Of a stretch of DNA of 54,949 bases, positions 50,672-54,949 are shown piece after piece. Location: assembly GCA_041651395.1 (NCBI GenBank), contig JBAZJI010000003.1, positions 1-54,949 of the forward strand. Direction: 5' to 3'. Numbering within the stretch: position 1 is the first letter of the stretch; each line of letters opens with the position of its first letter. The notes beneath the pieces were generated by a model, which saw only the letters and a program-made list of their open reading frames with translations, made no database searches and had not been told where the DNA came from. Source of the stretch: Minisyncoccota bacterium (lineage in GTDB: Bacteria; Patescibacteriota; Minisyncoccia; Minisyncoccales; JAGOPM01). The position numbers and the translations under genes are program-made.

Positions 50672-52528
50672 CTACATTACTATTCCTGACCCAGCGTTCC
50701 GCTGCCCAGGAACTCCTCGTTGGAGCTTACCGGGGGGAGCCTCGGCCGGAGGGTTTTCGGTGGGAGCCTCCGGTGGTTGCTCTCCGGGGGAGAGGGCGGG
50801 AGGCTGGTTAGCAGCCGAAGTTCCCCCTTTCAGCTTTTCGGCGTAAGCAGCCATCTCTGCCTGTTCTTTCAGTCGAGCTTTACGAGACGACTTGCCGCGT
50901 TCAATCGTTCCTTTTCGGTCCTCCCAACCAACGGCTTCCAATAAATCCTCGTCCCCAAGAATTCCCAGTTGTTGGAGTTGCATAGCAATCATGGATTTCT
51001 GGACATTGGTCATAGACATAGACGAGCCGGGGAGAACTTTAAACATAAGATTCTGTAACAACTCGCTGCCGGATAAACCAGTAGCTAAGACTTTGTTACG
51101 AATGTAACGGTATTTCTTGGGGTCTCCTTCACGGGACATAGTTACTTTAATCCTATCACTGGTATAATACTGCAATATTCTTGCAACAAACTTCTGACCA
51201 ATAGCATTTAACACCGCCTCGATTTGTCTGGCTTTCAATCGCACAACCGCTTGAGCAGCGCCTTGGAGAGCTTCGATACCAACACCAGAGCTTACCCGCC
51301 CAGGCTTCATGCCTAATACTACATCAGTCATACCAGACAGCTTCTCAATAACTTCTTCGGAATACGACAAGCTGTTAAACGCTTGTGGCGGAAGCGGAAC
51401 ACCGGTGACTCTCTCCAATGTGGTTCCGGGACGCTGTTTTACAAAACTCCCTGGAGCATTGCTCAATTTTTGCCATTGTTCGGGGGTTAGCGCATTGGCG
51501 TCTCCCTGCCATATCGCGTTAGTCATTAATAGCGTATTATCCACAATAGCAGCCATCATTTTATTATATACTTCTTGCGGCGAGTTCAAATCATCAACTT
51601 CGCCGGAACCATAAGCCGAGTCCAGTTTGAGTTTCCAAGTCAGAACATCTATTGGCGGCATCTGGTCAATATATCTCACAGGAAAATCATAAAGAATCAA
51701 CGCGCCGTTAACTCTCAAAATATGCCGCCAGCCATTGGGGTAAATAAGAATGGGCATACCAATCGCGTTGTACAAAGGCTTCTGGTCTTTCTGATTAATC
51801 AGCATCCGCCTATCTCTGACCCATATCTCTTGAATAAATGAACGGTCAACCGCACTCATTATGGGATTAGTTGTTTTGCTTGTGCCAAACAGTTTAGTCC
51901 AAGCATCGGCGATTTGCTCAACAACACTCTTCTTGGCGGAAGCCATTATTAACTCTTTACACTCCGGGAAACGATAGACCAACTCGCTAGTCGGACGTTG
52001 GTACTCTCTAAACAAATACTCCCCATTGCGTAAATCACTAACATCGGCTATATATGGGTCGAAGCCAAACGACTCTGGAGAGTAGAGAACCATATCAACA
52101 TCCCCGTAACCGTTATCTAAAACTGGATTCCAGATAGTCCCCAGCGGTGCGGAACCATAAACTTGAGCCACCGCACAGGTTCTCATCAACCGTAAATCAA
52201 TACTCTGCTCATCCCAGTTTCCTGCAATCGAGGATTGAATATCACTGGCCACTTCCATCAAATCATCCCGACGAGTTAACACGCGGACAGACGGCATATT
52301 ATCGGTTAGAATAGCCGTCTTTCTCTCAATTACATGCCGGATATGATTAAACGATGGTTTGGATTTATACCCAGGCATCTTAATATTCTGCCACATCTCT
52401 CCAGCAAACACTCGCTTGGATTTATCCCACGAAGTATTAGCCGCATCTCTGGCATCTCGTCCTTCTTTAATCAGAACATCGAGATATTTATTAAGTTCAC
52501 CTATGGTACTAATATCCTCAATTCTCAC
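50672..52528 (-). CDS. Portal protein
   Basis: 618 aa. Position between terminase and scaffold/capsid. GTG start 5 nt after GAGGAG. Low-complexity Pro/Ala/Glu C-terminal tail. Confidence 0.7.
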   Translation of the reverse strand: MRIEDISTIGELNKYLDVLIKEGRDARDAANTSWDKSKRVFAGEMWQNIKMPGYKSKPSFNHIRHVIERKTAILTDNMPSVRVLTRRDDLMEVASDIQSSIAGNWDEQSIDLRLMRTCAVAQVYGSAPLGTIWNPVLDNGYGDVDMVLYSPESFGFDPYIADVSDLRNGEYLFREYQRPTSELVYRFPECKELIMASAKKSVVEQIADAWTKLFGTSKTTNPIMSAVDRSFIQEIWVRDRRMLINQKDQKPLYNAIGMPILIYPNGWRHILRVNGALILYDFPVRYIDQMPPIDVLTWKLKLDSAYGSGEVDDLNSPQEVYNKMMAAIVDNTLLMTNAIWQGDANALTPEQWQKLSNAPGSFVKQRPGTTLERVTGVPLPPQAFNSLSYSEEVIEKLSGMTDVVLGMKPGRVSSGVGIEALQGAAQAVVRLKARQIEAVLNAIGQKFVARILQYYTSDRIKVTMSREGDPKKYRYIRNKVLATGLSGSELLQNLMFKVLPGSSMSMTNVQKSMIAMQLQQLGILGDEDLLEAVGWEDRKGTIERGKSSRKARLKEQAEMAAYAEKLKGGTSAANQPPALSPGEQPPEAPTENPPAEAPPGKLQRGVPGQRNAGSGIVM

Positions 52529-52763
52529 TCTCTTGCTCCTCGGCTGCCAATAACTCTAGCTCGGCGTTGTATTCATTGTCATAGGGAGAGAGATTCTCTA
52601 AATCTGGCCGGTTAGCGCCATATTCCCCACGAGAGACGCCCATCAGGGATTCATCAAACGGGGGTTGTTTTTGCTTGGGTTTATAGTTGGCATAGATTAA
52701 CCATATCACTAACCCCAACTGAACCACCGATGAGAAAAGTAGCATCCATATAATAATATTCAT
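52518..52763 (-). CDS. Small membrane protein (81 aa)
   Basis: ATGA overlap at 52763. TM IIIWMLLFSSVVQLGLVIWLIY. Confidence 0.5.
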   Translation of the reverse strand: MNIIIWMLLFSSVVQLGLVIWLIYANYKPKQKQPPFDESLMGVSRGEYGANRPDLENLSPYDNEYNAELELLAAEEQESEN

Positions 52764-53164
52764 TTCACAACTCGCTGTGCTTTGGCAAAAATTCCACCAC
52801 ATTTAGAAGTACAGAACTTTTGACCAAGATGTTTCGGGGAGAAAGTCTGCTTGCACTGGGGACACACAGCAGAACTCCGGGGGAGAGCCACCGGCATATC
52901 CCATTCCGGGCGAAACTCACAGTGAGCCATGCCATTATTCTGAAACGCATTCATCAAAATCCCGGCGAGAATCTGCCAGGGGTGAACTCCATACGTCCCC
53001 AACGCGAGTTCTCCAACCACTCCCTCGAATCCTTCTGGCATCTGCGACATGATTACTTTCGCCGCGGAGTTGAGTTGGTCATGTAACGGACTCTCGACCA
53101 ACTTATACTCCTTCATTTTGGGAGTTACTTTTTCGGGAATCTTTTCAGCAACTTTTGCCACCAT
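52760..53164 (-). CDS. Hypothetical protein with C-terminal zinc ribbon
   Basis: AAAGGAG SD. CPQC...CTSKC. Confidence 0.6.
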   Translation of the reverse strand: MVAKVAEKIPEKVTPKMKEYKLVESPLHDQLNSAAKVIMSQMPEGFEGVVGELALGTYGVHPWQILAGILMNAFQNNGMAHCEFRPEWDMPVALPRSSAVCPQCKQTFSPKHLGQKFCTSKCGGIFAKAQRVVK

Positions 53165-53179
53165 AAAAACTCCTTTCTT

Positions 53180-54949
53180 TTAATATGCTAACCAGCTATC
53201 CGAATACTCTGATTCTGACTCGAACGCTTCGGGGTGGATAAGCATGGCAGTAAACTCTTCATCGGAGGTATGGACAGGAGACTGGCCGGGGAGTAATGGT
53301 AACTCTTGCGCTTTAATATCATCTCCCCCAGACGGGTTGTCGGCCAGTTGGATTCTATTGTCTCCAAGATATTCTCTCTCGCCACAAAATAACGCTATCA
53401 TAAAAGCATAAACACAGTCGTCTCCGCCAGTTCCTGCCGACTCCCCCTTGCCGGTGTTGGTTCTAGTGAACTCCTGCATTTGGGAGAGTAGTCTTTTGGA
53501 GCTAACATGCACCGCGTTGATGTCGATCATAAACGAAGCAAGGTTGGCAAGAGTTGGGGCTGTGCTTCGGTTAGTGTAGAAGCCAATCTTTTTAGTAATC
53601 TGGCCACCAATTTTATCAATATATGTCCAGCGGTAAAAGTTGTCGTATAGAGTCTGGGCTTGGATGATGGTGCTTAAACCGTAAGAGTTTGCCTCGATAC
53701 AGAGCAAAGCGTTATTATACAATCTCGCCAAATAACTAATCGGCAACGCCAGAGCTATCGGGTCGATGTGCATAACCATCTCTGCTACTTGCTCATATGC
53801 TTCGTTTTTATTCCTGGGAATCCGCCACACACTAGCAACACTATAATCACCATCGGAACTACCACTACCCACATCAACGCCCACAGTGTAGAAATAATCA
53901 GGTTCAGGATGTTTCCAAATCCACAAAGGAGCATCGGTTTGGGGCCGGAGCTTGCCATGCGCATCTAACACTCCTTTGGCTATTGGTTCTCTAACAAAGT
54001 TTTTTTGCTGATAGGTTAGTTTGGCAGAACTAAAGATGGGGGAACCAGAAGAAATAAACGCTTCCTCGTCGGTGGCCGGAAATTCCTGGTGGAACTTTAC
54101 TATATCCCCACGCATATTCCTAATCTTCCGGCGTCTCCAGGCCAGTTGATTCAACGAGACTCCGAAGTGGTCTACCAACTCCTGTTCCTCTTTTCCGCCG
54201 AAATACTCCAACTGTCCTAATGTGTCATTAAGCTCCCGTTCCTCATCCACGGGGATATCAGACAAACTGTAGTCTCCCAAAAGAAACCAAGGAATAAAGA
54301 CTGCTCTAAAAAGAGAGATTCCATTTTTAGCATCATAATAGTCCTGGCGGAATGCGTCGAATCCATTGGCTGTTGACTCCTTTACTATTACCGTGCCTGG
54401 TGCATCGGCAATGGATGGAAGTAACGCGTAAACATTTTCGGGATTCGGCCAGAAGGCACACTCACTTAGATGGGCGAATGCAAAGTTTTGGGAACGAATG
54501 CCAGCTTTTTTGCCAGCGGTATGGACTTCGATGGAAGAGCGGAGACCAGGGCAGTCAGTCCTATTGTTATCAGATGGGTTATCAAAGTCCAGCTTGCGTT
54601 GAGTAGAGTAACGAGTCATTGGCCGAAGCTCTTTGGGAAGAAAATCTTTAAATCGCCGGGTCATTCCAAAAATAAACTCCGTGGAGTCGGCATCATGTGC
54701 AACAACTAAACCATTCGTGTCCTCGTTAAAATGGCAAGTATGAAACATTCTGCCTTCGACATAAGTAGAAATCCCTTCCTGCCTAGCTTTCAACACAACA
54801 ATTCGTACCATCCCAGTCGAAGCAACTTCTTCTTGCCATACACTATGAAATAATATTTGAGCTTCGTTGAAATGAAAAGGAACTATTCTAGACTCGGTTT
54901 CCCCCGGTCTTTTCAAAGCCTGGATTTTCAAAACCGTCTGTGCATAATA
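53180..54949 (-). CDS. terL: Large terminase subunit, main body (ORF stays open to the window end and continues at position 573..1)
   Basis: VVLKARQEGISTY Walker-A-like motif of Terminase_6-type enzymes. 583+ aa. The tracked start is a TTG at 54931 with no SD, and the six upstream codons to 54949 contain no stop. Confidence 0.85.
   Translation of the reverse strand, partial: YYAQTVLKIQALKRPGETESRIVPFHFNEAQILFHSVWQEEVASTGMVRIVVLKARQEGISTYVEGRMFHTCHFNEDTNGLVVAHDADSTEFIFGMTRRFKDFLPKELRPMTRYSTQRKLDFDNPSDNNRTDCPGLRSSIEVHTAGKKAGIRSQNFAFAHLSECAFWPNPENVYALLPSIADAPGTVIVKESTANGFDAFRQDYYDAKNGISLFRAVFIPWFLLGDYSLSDIPVDEERELNDTLGQLEYFGGKEEQELVDHFGVSLNQLAWRRRKIRNMRGDIVKFHQEFPATDEEAFISSGSPIFSSAKLTYQQKNFVREPIAKGVLDAHGKLRPQTDAPLWIWKHPEPDYFYTVGVDVGSGSSDGDYSVASVWRIPRNKNEAYEQVAEMVMHIDPIALALPISYLARLYNNALLCIEANSYGLSTIIQAQTLYDNFYRWTYIDKIGGQITKKIGFYTNRSTAPTLANLASFMIDINAVHVSSKRLLSQMQEFTRTNTGKGESAGTGGDDCVYAFMIALFCGEREYLGDNRIQLADNPSGGDDIKAQELPLLPGQSPVHTSDEEFTAMLIHPEAFESESEYSDSWLAY

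Noticed and set aside
1-54949. tRNA, tmRNA or rRNA genes
   Set aside because: I saw no cloverleaf with a T-loop (GTTCGAATC-like) signature in any intergenic region on visual inspection. This was not an exhaustive covariance search.

Overview
The window reads as a complete, circularly closed genome of a tailed dsDNA phage (54,949 bp), linearised inside its large-terminase gene. There are two transcription arms. The plus-strand arm (about 1.95-27.0 kb) holds roughly 60 mostly small early, middle and replication genes. Recognisable products are a Cas4-like PD-(D/E)XK nuclease, a Sak4-like AAA ATPase, a DUF669-like ssDNA-binding protein, a ParB-domain/DNA-methyltransferase fusion, a family A DNA polymerase with an N-terminal UDG-like domain, a P-loop helicase-like protein, a DnaQ-like exonuclease, and a lysis cluster with an M15 peptidase. 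The minus-strand arm starts at about 1.16 kb, runs through the coordinate origin and ends at 27.1 kb. Its order is terS-like HTH protein, terL, portal, small basic proteins, scaffold, HK97-type capsid, decoration-like paralogs, fibre/receptor-binding proteins, then three large distal proteins of 760, 513 and 1346 aa. Almost every gene has an AGGAGG-type Shine-Dalgarno, and ATGA or similar start/stop overlaps are common. I found no integrase, repressor module, reverse transcriptase, RNA polymerase, tRNA or CRISPR array. The observations most worth follow-up are: (1) the terL ORF reads through the window junction and gains about 197 N-terminal residues; (2) the UDG-like/PolA fusion, an architecture known from SPO1; (3) a conserved hairpin element in three copies, with one compensatory stem change; (4) a cluster of ATGTAAAC/GTTTACAT boxes and a 21-bp perfect inverted repeat around an AT-rich core, a candidate origin or control hub; (5) a C-depleted, G4-containing tract in the 700-bp divergent control region next to terS; (6) a 277-nt structured intergenic leader; (7) a possible -1 frameshift site; (8) signal-peptide or lipoprotein-like proteins inside the fibre module. 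All functional calls come from motif recognition by eye. No database search was run.
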